A stretch of 64,000 nucleotides of DNA from a virus. Position numbers and translations under genes: made by a program. The DNA lies in IMG/VR virus record IMGVR_UViG_3300016657_000126, positions 24,885 to 88,884 of that record, one strand, 5' to 3'. The stretch's first letter is position 1, and every line of letters begins with the position of its first letter. Below, one piece after another: positions 26,562 to 36,116 of this stretch. The notes under the pieces were generated by a model. The model was given only the letters and a program-made list of their open reading frames with translations, had not been told where the DNA came from and searched no databases.

Positions 26562-26774
26562 TCACTTTACGGTTACGGCTTTTGCGATGGCTTCCGCCGC
26601 GGCCGCCCTCCACCACTCCCGGTTCTGCGGGCGGTAGGGAATGGCGATCGCGGCCAACTGATTTCCTCTTCGCATCTCCACTGTAGTCGGAAAAGCAGTG
26701 AGCACCCAATCAGGCGATATCCCAAGAAACTCCGCGGTGGTCTCCACCGGGGTGGATGGCTCAGGACTCTTCAC
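26562..26774 (-). CDS. small hypothetical protein
   Basis: Fills gap between neighbours. Confidence 0.5.
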   Translation of the reverse strand: MKSPEPSTPVETTAEFLGISPDWVLTAFPTTVEMRRGNQLAAIAIPYRPQNREWWRAAAAEAIAKAVTVK

Positions 26775-27432
26775 TGGGGAGTCCGATCTTGGCTAGGATC
26801 TTGGTGAGCACCATTTGGCGCTCTTCCAAACTCAGGCTGGCGAGCCCTATCCGCTGCGGCTTGCAGGTAAGAAAAGGTCCGGGGAAAGAGAGCCGGATCT
26901 TCGGCGCTACGCTATCTCGGATGTCCAGTTCCACGCGCAGAGTTTTGCCAGAGAATGAGAGATCCAGCGGCAGGCTCACACCCCACTGCAAGCGCTCAAT
27001 CGTGCGACGCTCGAGAGACTCTAGTTCGCTCGTCAGACGCGTGATCAGCGCGCGCGACTCACCCCCAGTTACTTGATCGAGCAGTTCAACGCCGCGCTTC
27101 ATAATGCGGAATCCGATCAGCAGCATTCGTATCTGGTGTTTATCGATCCGGAACCACTGCCTGCCTTCGACGACGGTTTTCGCCGCCTCCAGCGTGTTGG
27201 ATAACTCGGCGGTCTTTTCGGATAACTGGCGCACCGTGTTTTGAACACCCACGTCGGGCAGCAGGTATTTCTCTTTCACTCGCCCGACCAAGTCCGCCAC
27301 CTGATTTATATCCTCCACCCAGATGGAGCCGTCGTAGAGCTCGCCTAGATTACTCCTTAAACCTTCGGCGGCGGTCGAAAGCACGATCTCAGAGCGCGTC
27401 AACCGGGTGTGCAGCACCTGCAGAGGCGTCAT
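26761..27432 (-). CDS. hypothetical helical protein
   Basis: 223 aa, ATGA overlap. Confidence 0.7.
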   Translation of the reverse strand: MTPLQVLHTRLTRSEIVLSTAAEGLRSNLGELYDGSIWVEDINQVADLVGRVKEKYLLPDVGVQNTVRQLSEKTAELSNTLEAAKTVVEGRQWFRIDKHQIRMLLIGFRIMKRGVELLDQVTGGESRALITRLTSELESLERRTIERLQWGVSLPLDLSFSGKTLRVELDIRDSVAPKIRLSFPGPFLTCKPQRIGLASLSLEERQMVLTKILAKIGLPSEES

Positions 27433-27671
27433 GCTATCTCGATCTCCGTTATGCTGTGAATTTTGATCTTCTTCTTGGTGACGCCATCCTGCAGCCGAAC
27501 GACCAGCTGCTTCGCGCGCACCATGTGCTTTGGGTTGTCCTCGGGCTCGATGGAACCATCGATAGTTTTTCTGCGTGTGCGCACGGTGACGACCAGATGC
27601 CCGTAGTGGCGGAGCATGCCTTCCAAAGCCGCCAGAGGAATGGTGACCAGGTTTTTAACGACTAGATCCAT
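27429..27671 (-). CDS. hypothetical protein
   Basis: ORF in operon-like run. Confidence 0.6.
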   Translation of the reverse strand: MDLVVKNLVTIPLAALEGMLRHYGHLVVTVRTRRKTIDGSIEPEDNPKHMVRAKQLVVRLQDGVTKKKIKIHSITEIEIA

Positions 27672-27673
27672 GA

Positions 27674-28144
27674 TTATTTGGAACCGCCGAAGCGGTGCTG
27701 AGCTCTCTCATTTTCGAGATTTCGTGAAATGTCTGCCGAGAATTCCGCCCAACTGAAGCCGAGCTTCTGCGCTTCAACAAATAGGCGTTTCTTCACCGCG
27801 TGCGCATTCTTGGAGCACAGCAGCATCTCGTGCCCATTCGCAGGCATGATGCCGCCGTTGCGGATAGGCCCGTGACACACCGTGCGATCGTAGGCTTCCG
27901 TTTCCTGCTGATACCGCTCAGACAGCTCGCGCAGCTTCACTCGCCTGGGATCTGGCGGCACGCCCAGAGTCTTCGGTAGGAACTGGCTCACAACGCAGAT
28001 GGCGCCCATAAACTCGCCAAGGACGCCGTCACCTTCGCATGCGGCTTTCACCTGTTCGGGTGTGAACGGGTGACCGACTTTGGCCTTCACCTCCGCGTCG
28101 CTCCAGTAGGAGGCTGAGAAAACAGCGAAGGGTTTTTCGTTCAC
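27674..28144 (-). CDS. hypothetical protein
   Basis: GTGA overlap. Confidence 0.65.
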   Translation of the reverse strand: MNEKPFAVFSASYWSDAEVKAKVGHPFTPEQVKAACEGDGVLGEFMGAICVVSQFLPKTLGVPPDPRRVKLRELSERYQQETEAYDRTVCHGPIRNGGIMPANGHEMLLCSKNAHAVKKRLFVEAQKLGFSWAEFSADISRNLENERAQHRFGGSK

Positions 28145-28731
28145 GACACGCTCACCCTGAACGGGAGTTGTTTCTGGTCGAGCATGAGGAAAGCCGCCGC
28201 GAGCAGGTTGTCGCTGGTAACCGGTGTCCAGCGCGACACCATGCCCTTGTCACTCCCCGCCAGCTGAAGGAACGCCTGGCGCCTGAGCGCCGCCTGCCAA
28301 GTCCCCCAAACGGCAACGACCGAAGCCTCCGAATCCTGCACCTTGTCGAGCGCATGCTCACCATGCTGCCACACCCGGATAGAGGTCAGAAAATTGTCCG
28401 CAGTGATAGGCTTCCTGCGCGTGTAAGCGGCGAGCCACTGCCGCATGTAAGCAGTGCCCGACACATTCCGACCGCCGGGCTTGATGTTGCCGCCGTCTGC
28501 ATCGGCTGCCGCGAGCCAGAGATCCAAGGGCATCATTGGACGCCCGTCCCAGGTGGACACGAGACCCACGGTCATGACGTTCCACTTGGGTTCTCTGGGA
28601 TAGAGGTTGTTGCAGCAAACCTTGCGACAGAACAGCGTGAGCTCCTTATCACGCGAAGTCGGGAAGCGAGGATCATCCTTTGGGATCTCCAGCGTAGCGC
28701 AGCGCTTCTCTGTCTCGATATCGTAGCTCAT
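28141..28731 (-). CDS. hypothetical protein
   Basis: Start moved to ATG 28731 (ATGA overlap). Confidence 0.65.
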   Translation of the reverse strand: MSYDIETEKRCATLEIPKDDPRFPTSRDKELTLFCRKVCCNNLYPREPKWNVMTVGLVSTWDGRPMMPLDLWLAAADADGGNIKPGGRNVSGTAYMRQWLAAYTRRKPITADNFLTSIRVWQHGEHALDKVQDSEASVVAVWGTWQAALRRQAFLQLAGSDKGMVSRWTPVTSDNLLAAAFLMLDQKQLPFRVSVS

Positions 28732-29054
28732 GCCTTGGATTCTCCGGCGGATAGGCAGGCGCGAGCGCACGCGAGAATTTTCTTCAACGCGCGCCCGCGA
28801 TCGAAGAATCTGGGACTCGACGCTATCGTGACGATGTCGCACATGGCGGCGTAGTAGGCCCCTTGGTTTATGGCGTGCGGAGTGTGCTGCGCATCGGCAA
28901 CGGCAATCACGTCGACGAACATGGCGACGTCCACGTGGCCTTTGTTGAAGGTGACGTCGGTTTTTCCGTCATTACGCGGGATCCTGGTAAAACCGTCCGC
29001 CACAATAGTGACAGGCCTGTCGCGATGATTCAGGAATACATTGAAAGTTGCCAT
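28728..29054 (-). CDS. hypothetical protein
   Basis: ORF in operon-like run. Confidence 0.65.
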   Translation of the reverse strand: MATFNVFLNHRDRPVTIVADGFTRIPRNDGKTDVTFNKGHVDVAMFVDVIAVADAQHTPHAINQGAYYAAMCDIVTIASSPRFFDRGRALKKILACARACLSAGESKA

Positions 29055-29057
29055 AGG

Positions 29058-29402
29058 CTATTCGGCGGATCGCCGATCAAGAAAGTTTTCGTATGACTCT
29101 GTCTCCAACGAAGGGAACTCGTAAGACCCTTCGTCCATGCTGGCGAGCGCATCATGCTCTTCTGGAGACAGCGCGCAGTGCTCCTTTAGATAGGCAAAAG
29201 CATCCTCGCGCTCCAGGAATTTACCTGTCTGATCCACGAATCCATCCGTGACCGTGCGCAGATCTGAACCAAACAGACCGTGCCGCATGGCATATTCCCA
29301 GATCAAAGCGTGCAGGACTCCCGGATAAGCGGCCACGAGGATCTGGTCCCCGAACATGACGGCCGTCCTCAGCCGCCGGTCTGGTCCTTGCTGATTCGCC
29401 AT
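29058..29402 (-). CDS. hypothetical phage protein
   Basis: H...W...DGFVDQTGKFLEREDA motif (recurrent in phage hypotheticals, recalled). Confidence 0.7.
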   Translation of the reverse strand: MANQQGPDRRLRTAVMFGDQILVAAYPGVLHALIWEYAMRHGLFGSDLRTVTDGFVDQTGKFLEREDAFAYLKEHCALSPEEHDALASMDEGSYEFPSLETESYENFLDRRSAE

Positions 29403-29508
29403 CCCTTGGGTTTGTGCTGCCTCGGGCCGGTGTAGAAGATGCGCTCCTTGAAGCCGCGCGAGGTGCGGCGCTCGATGAAGAATCCGCAGCGGACCGTGGC
29501 CCGTGCGC

Positions 29509-29694
29509 TCAAACGAAGTTTCCTCCAGGATGGGCGGGCGCGGCGGGCTTGGCAGGAGCTGCCGACGGAGGGTTGTCGAAGTCGATAGGCGGCCATCCGC
29601 GTAGAGCCCGGATGTAGTTCACGACTAGAGGAAACATCCCCCAGGTGAGCCACGCCATCAGGATGGCGAACCACAGGCGAAGGAAGAGTCTCAT
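29509..29694 (-). CDS. small membrane protein
   Basis: Hydrophobic N-terminus, Pro-rich tail, ATGA overlap. Confidence 0.55.
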   Translation of the reverse strand: MRLFLRLWFAILMAWLTWGMFPLVVNYIRALRGWPPIDFDNPPSAAPAKPAAPAHPGGNFV

Positions 29695-30086
29695 GCTTTT
29701 TTATTTTTCTTGAATGAGGCCAGGATCTGCTGGCGCGTGGTCTCCCCGCGCATGGTCGGCATGAGCAGCTCGCGCTCATCTTCTCCACGCCCGGAGAACA
29801 GTCGAATCAGGGCGACCCGCTCCTCCATCTCTTCAGACAACGGATCGCCGACTCGGTGATGAATATTGCGGTGCTCACAGGCGCCGGCGCTGACAGTCAT
29901 GACGATCCCTGAATGGTATCCGGCCGTCATCTGCATGCCGTCACGCCGGCGAAACCAGAAGCCATCGCGAGTCCAGCAAACCGGCTCAGGATAGGTCGCC
30001 TGCAGCTCGGCCTTGATTGTGCCCTCAACCTGGCGCGTGTGGCCTTGCCAGACGAACCGATCGCCATCCTCAAGAGGTAGCTTCAT
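29691..30086 (-). CDS. hypothetical protein
   Basis: ATGA overlaps. Confidence 0.65.
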   Translation of the reverse strand: MKLPLEDGDRFVWQGHTRQVEGTIKAELQATYPEPVCWTRDGFWFRRRDGMQMTAGYHSGIVMTVSAGACEHRNIHHRVGDPLSEEMEERVALIRLFSGRGEDERELLMPTMRGETTRQQILASFKKNKKA

Positions 30087-30565
30087 AGGTGAGACCGCGC
30101 AAAGCCTTCCGGCCGCGGATCGACGTAATTTTTATGGTAAAAGATGTCCACAGCCATAGCCAAAGACTTTGCCGCCAGGCAGCCGGGCACGCAGGGCGAG
30201 ACAGGCTGGATCACCCACTCCTGGTCTTCGCGATCCCAGTCCATCGCCCAAACTACAGTTGCGTCTCGGAGGCGCATAGCCGCGTCGCGAGAATCGGGCG
30301 TCAGCAAGTTATCCTCCGCCAGCAACCAGTCCAGCAGCACCGTGAACTCGGCCGGCGACGGCGTGTCGCTCATGAACCAGTGGTCCATGTCCGTGTCGCT
30401 CTCCATATCCTCAACCTCGCGCTCGGTCATGAACACCGTCAACTGGCAGCCGACGCGTTCCCCGTGAAAGCTCACTAGAGATGGATCCGGTCCGTGGCGC
30501 ATCTCGATGTCCAGATCGCGCAATTTATCGGCCTCGACCGTCGAGATTTCGATGACCTTATTCAT
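30083..30565 (-). CDS. hypothetical protein
   Basis: ATGA overlaps. Confidence 0.65.
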   Translation of the reverse strand: MNKVIEISTVEADKLRDLDIEMRHGPDPSLVSFHGERVGCQLTVFMTEREVEDMESDTDMDHWFMSDTPSPAEFTVLLDWLLAEDNLLTPDSRDAAMRLRDATVVWAMDWDREDQEWVIQPVSPCVPGCLAAKSLAMAVDIFYHKNYVDPRPEGFARSHL

Positions 30566-30846
30566 GACCGGCGAACGCCTGCCATGGCGAACTTCTTGTG
30601 CACGCGCTCGCCCTTGGCAGCCGCCTCGCGCAGCAGTTTCGCGGCGGTCTTCGAGCGCCAGCTGAGCGCCGCCAGGTAGGCCTCGTATTCGCCCAGCCTG
30701 TTGACCGAGAAGTGACGGAGCATCTTCTTCCCCTTCCAGGTGATGTGCCCGGAGAAGTAGGGCTTGGCCGGGAGATGAGGAGAGGCTCCGGAGCGGAGCA
30801 TCGCTCGACTAACCCCGACTGGTAGTTTCTTGGGAACTGACGGCAT
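30562..30846 (-). CDS. stand-alone AP2-like DNA-binding domain protein
   Basis: GVSR...YFSGHITWKGK...RHFSVNRLGEYEAYLAALSWR. Confidence 0.7.
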   Translation of the reverse strand: MPSVPKKLPVGVSRAMLRSGASPHLPAKPYFSGHITWKGKKMLRHFSVNRLGEYEAYLAALSWRSKTAAKLLREAAAKGERVHKKFAMAGVRRS

Positions 30847-31192
30847 TGGACTCTTTCTCGTTAGTAGGAAGCCCGACCTTTATCCACACACTGTCTGGGA
30901 CAAACGCGAATCGGGATGTCACGGCGACGCACGTCGGACCGAAGATGCGCTTAACCGCCTCGTCCCTCACCACGACCATTTTGCCGGTTCTGTAGGGGTT
31001 GTCGCCCTGCTCGCCGTCACGCACGCTGACCAGCATCACGCCCTGGCGCATGAGATCCGCGCACTTCGGGCAAGGTTCCTTGTACACGACCTTCTTGTGC
31101 AGATGCGATATGTCGCGGAGGCGTTGGTTGATTAAGATATCCTTACCTTCGTTGCAGAAATAGCAGTGGGTAAGGGCTACGAAGTTATTCAC
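30809..31192 (-). CDS. hypothetical Zn-binding protein
   Basis: CYFC...EPCPKC...GVMLVSV. Confidence 0.7.
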   Translation of the reverse strand: MNNFVALTHCYFCNEGKDILINQRLRDISHLHKKVVYKEPCPKCADLMRQGVMLVSVRDGEQGDNPYRTGKMVVVRDEAVKRIFGPTCVAVTSRFAFVPDSVWIKVGLPTNEKESNAVSSQETTSRG

Positions 31193-32346
31193 AGGATGTG
31201 CGCAACGAGTGTCTCGAATGCCAAGTCCGTCGGCCTGCCACCGCGCTTCCAGCCGGCGTCCCAGGTCACGCCCTCAGGAATGCCTTTCGCCTGGAGCGAG
31301 CGCAGCACGCGCCCGGCCATTGACTCCATGATGTCCTTCACGCGGCGGGCGCCGCCGGTGACGGTGGTCCCCATCTGCCCTTCCTCGCCAGGTTTGACGT
31401 CCCACATGACGCAGGTGTGTCCCTCCTTGCTGACGTAGACTGTGCCTTGGCGCCCCTGCAGCCCGGAGCGCCCTGTCTCGATGACCCGCTCTCCGGGAAG
31501 CAAGCCATTGAGGTAGGTGATGAGCTGCTCGTTGGTGCGCGGCTCCATGAACGGGAGCTCGCCCATGATAACAGTCGCGCAGGCCTCCGCGAGCGCCTGC
31601 ATGGCGGCCTTCGCCTCGGCGCAGTTGGCATCCTGCTTCTCGTGCGCCACCTCGACGAGCTTCTTTGCACACAGGAATATCTGCATCAGGCGAGTGAAGT
31701 GTGGGCTGAGATCCATGCGCACCACCGCGAGATGCGCTACGCGCTTGGCCACCGCTATGTGCAGTTCCTTTCCGCGGTCGTCCATTTTTTCCCACTTCGT
31801 CATCCGGTTCGCTTCGCCCGCGTCACGGTAGAAATGCTTCACCGCCTGTGCGTAGGCCTCGCGACCGAGAACCTCGGAGATGTCCTGGTCGACCAGGCTG
31901 TGCTCCGGCGCGGAGAGCGGCGCGCTACGCGCGGACTCCGGCACATGCTTGAAAAATAACTCGAGGACGGCGTCGAGCGCTTCGGACGCGAGCAACAGCG
32001 GATTGTTGGTAGCGCCCGTCAGCGCGACACGCATCTTGTGAAACACCTCAAAATCGGACTCGCGGGCCGCGCGCAGCGCAGAGATCGTCTCGCTCTGCTT
32101 GGCGATCTCCCGCTCCTGACCGGCGATAAGCGCTGCAACGGCATCGCCGTCGATGACGCGCTTGAACAACTTGTAGCCATACTCGGATACGAGATGCCCG
32201 CCTGGCACGACAGCCGATCGGTAGCCTTTGGATGGATCCTTGTCGTCCACCTGCACAAAAATTTCGAACGTCCGTTGATGCGGATAAGTCGGGACGAAAA
32301 AGGTCGGATCAAGTTCTTCGAACTTGTAGGGAATTTTGTCACTCAT
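31189..32346 (-). CDS. multidomain hypothetical protein
   Basis: 385 aa; coiled coil plus C-terminal SH3-like strands. Confidence 0.75.
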   Translation of the reverse strand: MSDKIPYKFEELDPTFFVPTYPHQRTFEIFVQVDDKDPSKGYRSAVVPGGHLVSEYGYKLFKRVIDGDAVAALIAGQEREIAKQSETISALRAARESDFEVFHKMRVALTGATNNPLLLASEALDAVLELFFKHVPESARSAPLSAPEHSLVDQDISEVLGREAYAQAVKHFYRDAGEANRMTKWEKMDDRGKELHIAVAKRVAHLAVVRMDLSPHFTRLMQIFLCAKKLVEVAHEKQDANCAEAKAAMQALAEACATVIMGELPFMEPRTNEQLITYLNGLLPGERVIETGRSGLQGRQGTVYVSKEGHTCVMWDVKPGEEGQMGTTVTGGARRVKDIMESMAGRVLRSLQAKGIPEGVTWDAGWKRGGRPTDLAFETLVAHIL

Positions 32347-32824
32347 GCGTGGGTGCTAGTTCGGCGGCGTATTCAGCCACCAGTTTTGCGGTGCGATCCT
32401 TCAGAAGCGCCGAGCGCGCATACCAAGCGAAGCGCCAAGGGCTGTCGCCGGCCAGCTCTGGCCGCGCATGACGATAGACCTCGTAGCAGCGGCAACCGGC
32501 ACGATCGTAGGTGATGGTCCAGTCGGCGGTGCCTTCGACGCTGCGCACAACCTGGTCGAACAGGTAGTCGTAGACCTCGTAGACGGTCGAGAAAGTGCTC
32601 GATGTGTTGGGGGAGTTGAACGCGCGACGTCCGGGAAGATCAATGCCTGCGATGAGGTCGTATTCCGCATCGCCCAGGTCCATCAGAGCCGCTACCTCGG
32701 GTGAATCTTTGCGCGCCAGAAGCGTGGCGTAGGCGGTCTTCGCCCGTTCTTTGAAGCACACATCCGCGCCGTGATAGATGGCGATAGGCGCAACTAAGTC
32801 GAACAGCTCCTCAGTGCTCAGCAC
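32339..32824 (-). CDS. hypothetical protein
   Basis: Start moved to GTG 32824. Confidence 0.6.
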   Translation of the reverse strand: MLSTEELFDLVAPIAIYHGADVCFKERAKTAYATLLARKDSPEVAALMDLGDAEYDLIAGIDLPGRRAFNSPNTSSTFSTVYEVYDYLFDQVVRSVEGTADWTITYDRAGCRCYEVYRHARPELAGDSPWRFAWYARSALLKDRTAKLVAEYAAELAPTHE

Positions 32825-33279
32825 AGGAGGTTGGCATACTTTTTTCTGGCTTCGAGCCATGCGTAGTAAGGGTCGTCGGGTTTGATTTTCGGAGACGTCA
32901 CGCAGACATATCCGTCTGCGAACTGAACCAGCGCGCGCCAGCAGTTGAAGGTCGTGGACATGACCCACTCCTTAACTTCCGCCGGCTCCCACGAATAGTT
33001 TCGCGAGAAGAGCGTGGCGTAAGTTGGCTTCGGTGGGTATCCGCGGATGTAGGCTAGGAGCGCGCACCGCTCGCGATAAGGCGCCACATTCACTCCCCGC
33101 TCCTCGAGCTTTTCCACCACGCCTTCGATACCACCGAGCTCACGCAGATCAGACCCCATGTAGATTTGCTTTCCGCACTCCATGATCGCCTGCACGAAAC
33201 CCGGATAGGTGCGCCATCCGGTCGACGGACCCATGCGGGATCCGTGCACCTCGATGCTACGCAGGATCCAGTGACTCAC
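32818..33279 (-). CDS. hypothetical protein
   Basis: Start moved to GTG 33279 (GTGA overlap). Confidence 0.6.
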   Translation of the reverse strand: MSHWILRSIEVHGSRMGPSTGWRTYPGFVQAIMECGKQIYMGSDLRELGGIEGVVEKLEERGVNVAPYRERCALLAYIRGYPPKPTYATLFSRNYSWEPAEVKEWVMSTTFNCWRALVQFADGYVCVTSPKIKPDDPYYAWLEARKKYANLLC

Positions 33280-33794
33280 AGCCGGGTCTGAAGGTTGTTC
33301 TTTACCGACGTGGCGTTGAACTTGTCGCGCACGGCGCGGGCCAGATTGAAACCGATGGAGGAGGCCAGCTTGTCGCAGCAGATGACGACGTCCGCGATCT
33401 CGCTCGCGACCTTCGGCAGGAAGTCTTCGGGAGGCGTTCCGCCGACTACACCCATGCGGTGACGCTCGAACTTCTTCACCTCGTTCAGCGCCTCGCCCGT
33501 CTCGCCGCCGAGCTCCAGCGCATTGAATCCGATCATGGCGTCGCCGTTCGGTCGGCCCATCCATTCCATCCAGCGAATGTTTCCGGCTTCGGTCAGCGCG
33601 GAGAACGTCAGGTCGGTCCAGTCCGCGCCCAGCTTACACTTATCGATAATGCTGGGGCGGATGTTTTCTACCCGCACGCAGAACGAGGGGTTCAGTGGAT
33701 TCAGCGGGATGACGCTGAACGCGACGTTCTCCTTGGCTAGAATGGCAACGACGCGGACAAGCGAGTCAGCGTTTACGTGAAGTTCTGTGGTCAT
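33276..33794 (-). CDS. MazG-like nucleotide pyrophosphohydrolase
   Basis: LELGGETGEALNEVKK...VASEIADVVIC...AVRDKFN. Confidence 0.88.
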   Translation of the reverse strand: MTTELHVNADSLVRVVAILAKENVAFSVIPLNPLNPSFCVRVENIRPSIIDKCKLGADWTDLTFSALTEAGNIRWMEWMGRPNGDAMIGFNALELGGETGEALNEVKKFERHRMGVVGGTPPEDFLPKVASEIADVVICCDKLASSIGFNLARAVRDKFNATSVKNNLQTRL

Positions 33795-33796
33795 TT

Positions 33797-34384
33797 TTAT
33801 ATGCCCGAGCCGTCCTCGTGGGTGAGGCGGTAGTCGGGCGGAGTGGAGGCGGTTCTGTATTCGTTGTGGAGCCGGTAGTAGGCTGTCCCGCGGACGTAGT
33901 TGGACATGCCCCTTGAATCGGCAAACTTCTCTCTGTGCAGATGCGGGGCTTCCTTCACCTGCACGACCGAGACGTAGCTACCTCGAAAGTTGGTCGCCGG
34001 GTGCACGATGATGTGCCCGGCCCACTCTGGGATCTCGGCGTCCGAAAGCAGATCGGGAGGGGTGACGAACCAGAACTGCGAAGGTCCCCGGACGTCCGCC
34101 ATCTGCAGCATGGAGTGTTTCGTGCGACCTGCGGGCACTGTCCACACGCCATCCACGAAGCGCCCGAAGGTGGCCTCGGCTTTCTTAGCGTCCTTTTGGA
34201 AATCAGCCCGCGTGCGCTTGATCTCGTATTCGCGAAAGAAGCCGGCGGCTGTCAGCTCAAACACGTCGCACTCGAACCAATCGGGCGGCGTGAAGTTGGG
34301 CATGCAGAAGTGCCGCTGGAAGCGGTCGCGCATCAACGCCTGCTGGATACTCCAGGCGTCTGGGATGAAGTCTTTCTTGGCCAT
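33797..34384 (-). CDS. PD-(D/E)XK nuclease-like protein (MmcB-like)
   Basis: FECDVFELT...REYEIKRTRADFQKD...QFWFVTP...IPEWAG. Confidence 0.75.
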   Translation of the reverse strand: MAKKDFIPDAWSIQQALMRDRFQRHFCMPNFTPPDWFECDVFELTAAGFFREYEIKRTRADFQKDAKKAEATFGRFVDGVWTVPAGRTKHSMLQMADVRGPSQFWFVTPPDLLSDAEIPEWAGHIIVHPATNFRGSYVSVVQVKEAPHLHREKFADSRGMSNYVRGTAYYRLHNEYRTASTPPDYRLTHEDGSGI

Positions 34385-34449
34385 GCCCCTTTCTAATCAG
34401 GAGTCTCAATCAAGCCGAGCAGTTATTGCGCAGTGATCGCAGTTCGCTG

Positions 34450-34692
34450 TTAGCAGGACTCGGGACGGCTCGCGCGCGCGCAGGTGCGCATGCAGTTTGT
34501 GCATACGCGCGATGTCGGAAACCGTTTCTTCAGCTTGTCGACTAAACGATATGCGTGGTCGGCGGCCCTGTCCCACTTCTTCCATCGACGGTCGTCGAGA
34601 TACTTGGAATGCCGCCCCACCCGATCACGACGGAGCATGCAAGCTAGGTGCTTTCGCCAGGCTCGATCGAACTCCGGATTTACTTTTTCCAC
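34450..34692 (-). CDS. small basic hypothetical protein
   Basis: ORF on coding strand. Confidence 0.45.
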   Translation of the reverse strand: MEKVNPEFDRAWRKHLACMLRRDRVGRHSKYLDDRRWKKWDRAADHAYRLVDKLKKRFPTSRVCTNCMRTCARASRPESC

Positions 34693-35294
34693 GCGAAGAA
34701 GTGGCGCCGCATGGTGGTCTTCTTCAAAAGGCCCAGGCGAATGGCGCGATCAACGAGAAGTGCAGAGAGCCTGTCCAACACCGGCTCGTTCTTGTCGTTC
34801 AGGCGTGGTATGCCCAGCTGATAGACAAAGTGCTTCAGCTCGAGGAGCGTGAATCGCTTTTCGCTCTCCATGAAACTCAGCGCCGGCTCGATCGTGCGCT
34901 GGTCGTATCTGCGGCCGAATAGTGTGATCGGCGTGGACCACCCGTCGGGTCGGTTGTCGGCCTTTTCAGAAGGCAGCGCTACACCCAGCCCGGCACGCCC
35001 GAAGCGCTCGGCCATGTCTATGAGAAGCGGTAGGTTATCGCTGGCCGAATTAGTCGATATCTCGACGTTGCGAGACTTCTTCGTGACCGGGTCCACTGTG
35101 CTGACCGTCAGGCGATAGAATTTCGACGGCATGCTCATGGTGGAGATGGTCGTCGAGACGCCGTCGACACACAGCGCCGGAAAGTGGGCGATGACCGTCC
35201 ACTCACCATGAGGATAGTAGCGCGAGGGCCCTTTCCAAGCGTCGCCCAGCTGCTTTTTGTCGGCGGCTACGCTGTAGAGCGAGAGTATGCTCAC
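34680..35294 (-). CDS. hypothetical protein
   Basis: Start moved to GTG 35294 (GTGA overlap). Confidence 0.6.
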   Translation of the reverse strand: MSILSLYSVAADKKQLGDAWKGPSRYYPHGEWTVIAHFPALCVDGVSTTISTMSMPSKFYRLTVSTVDPVTKKSRNVEISTNSASDNLPLLIDMAERFGRAGLGVALPSEKADNRPDGWSTPITLFGRRYDQRTIEPALSFMESEKRFTLLELKHFVYQLGIPRLNDKNEPVLDRLSALLVDRAIRLGLLKKTTMRRHFFAWKK

Positions 35295-35776
35295 GTGGGC
35301 GTCTCCGGCTTCGGCAGCACAATGCTGCATGCGTAGACACTATAGGCGCCGAACTTCGTTTGCTTGGTCTCGATGAGGTCGCCAGGCCAGACGCCACCCG
35401 CCGCCGACAACACCGCGGACATCAGCGGGCGATCGGCGCGCGCGAAGTGCGCCCAGCGATGCTTCACCACGCGCACTGCCGGATCCTTCAAGTCGACTCT
35501 GCCAGCCGCATGCACGACTATGCTGCATGTGTGCGCGAGCGCCCGCCTCCCGAGGATGGCGTCGAAGTCTTCCGACGGACCGTAGGCGCTGGCAAACTCA
35601 GCAGCCTTAACCAGGTCGTAAGTGGTCCCCTCGGGCGTGCGCACGACCATCACCAAAGTGCGCCCACGCTTCTGTGGAGAAAGAGGCGCCTCGCCAACAG
35701 GCTGTGCTTCGGCCCGTTTAACCAGCGGCCACGCGAAGAGCGCGCCGAGCCCGACGATAAAATTACGCCGTTTCAT
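35291..35776 (-). CDS. hypothetical protein with twin-arginine (Tat)-like signal
   Basis: MKRRNFIVGLGALFAWPLVKRAEA-Q; start ATG 35776. Confidence 0.65.
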   Translation of the reverse strand: MKRRNFIVGLGALFAWPLVKRAEAQPVGEAPLSPQKRGRTLVMVVRTPEGTTYDLVKAAEFASAYGPSEDFDAILGRRALAHTCSIVVHAAGRVDLKDPAVRVVKHRWAHFARADRPLMSAVLSAAGGVWPGDLIETKQTKFGAYSVYACSIVLPKPETPT

Positions 35777-36113
35777 TTTTCGTGAATTTTGAAGTTTTGC
35801 GAAGGGCGTCGGCGCTGGAGGATAGCTCTTCCAGCAGACCGCGCGCTTCCGCGCAGAGATTTTCCGATCCGCCGGCGGCCGCTTTCTTGACGACATCCAC
35901 CAGCCGGTCGTAGCTGTTCACGGCGTGTGTGATCGCCGCCATGTTGTCCGCATTCTGCGCGGCCATCTGAGACACGGATGTCCCGGTAGTGATGACGATC
36001 GAGCGCTGCCCGGGCTTGGTGACTCCGTCGTGACAGAAGATGGTCGGGTGCTCGTCCCGGTGGATCGCCCAAGGCTGCTCGGAGCAGCGAGGGAATAGCT
36101 TGGAGAGATGCAT
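35763..36113 (-). CDS. hypothetical phage protein
   Basis: N(A)...I..AVN.YD.L motif common in phage hypotheticals. Confidence 0.65.
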   Translation of the reverse strand: MHLSKLFPRCSEQPWAIHRDEHPTIFCHDGVTKPGQRSIVITTGTSVSQMAAQNADNMAAITHAVNSYDRLVDVVKKAAAGGSENLCAEARGLLEELSSSADALRKTSKFTKNETA

Positions 36114-36116
36114 GGG

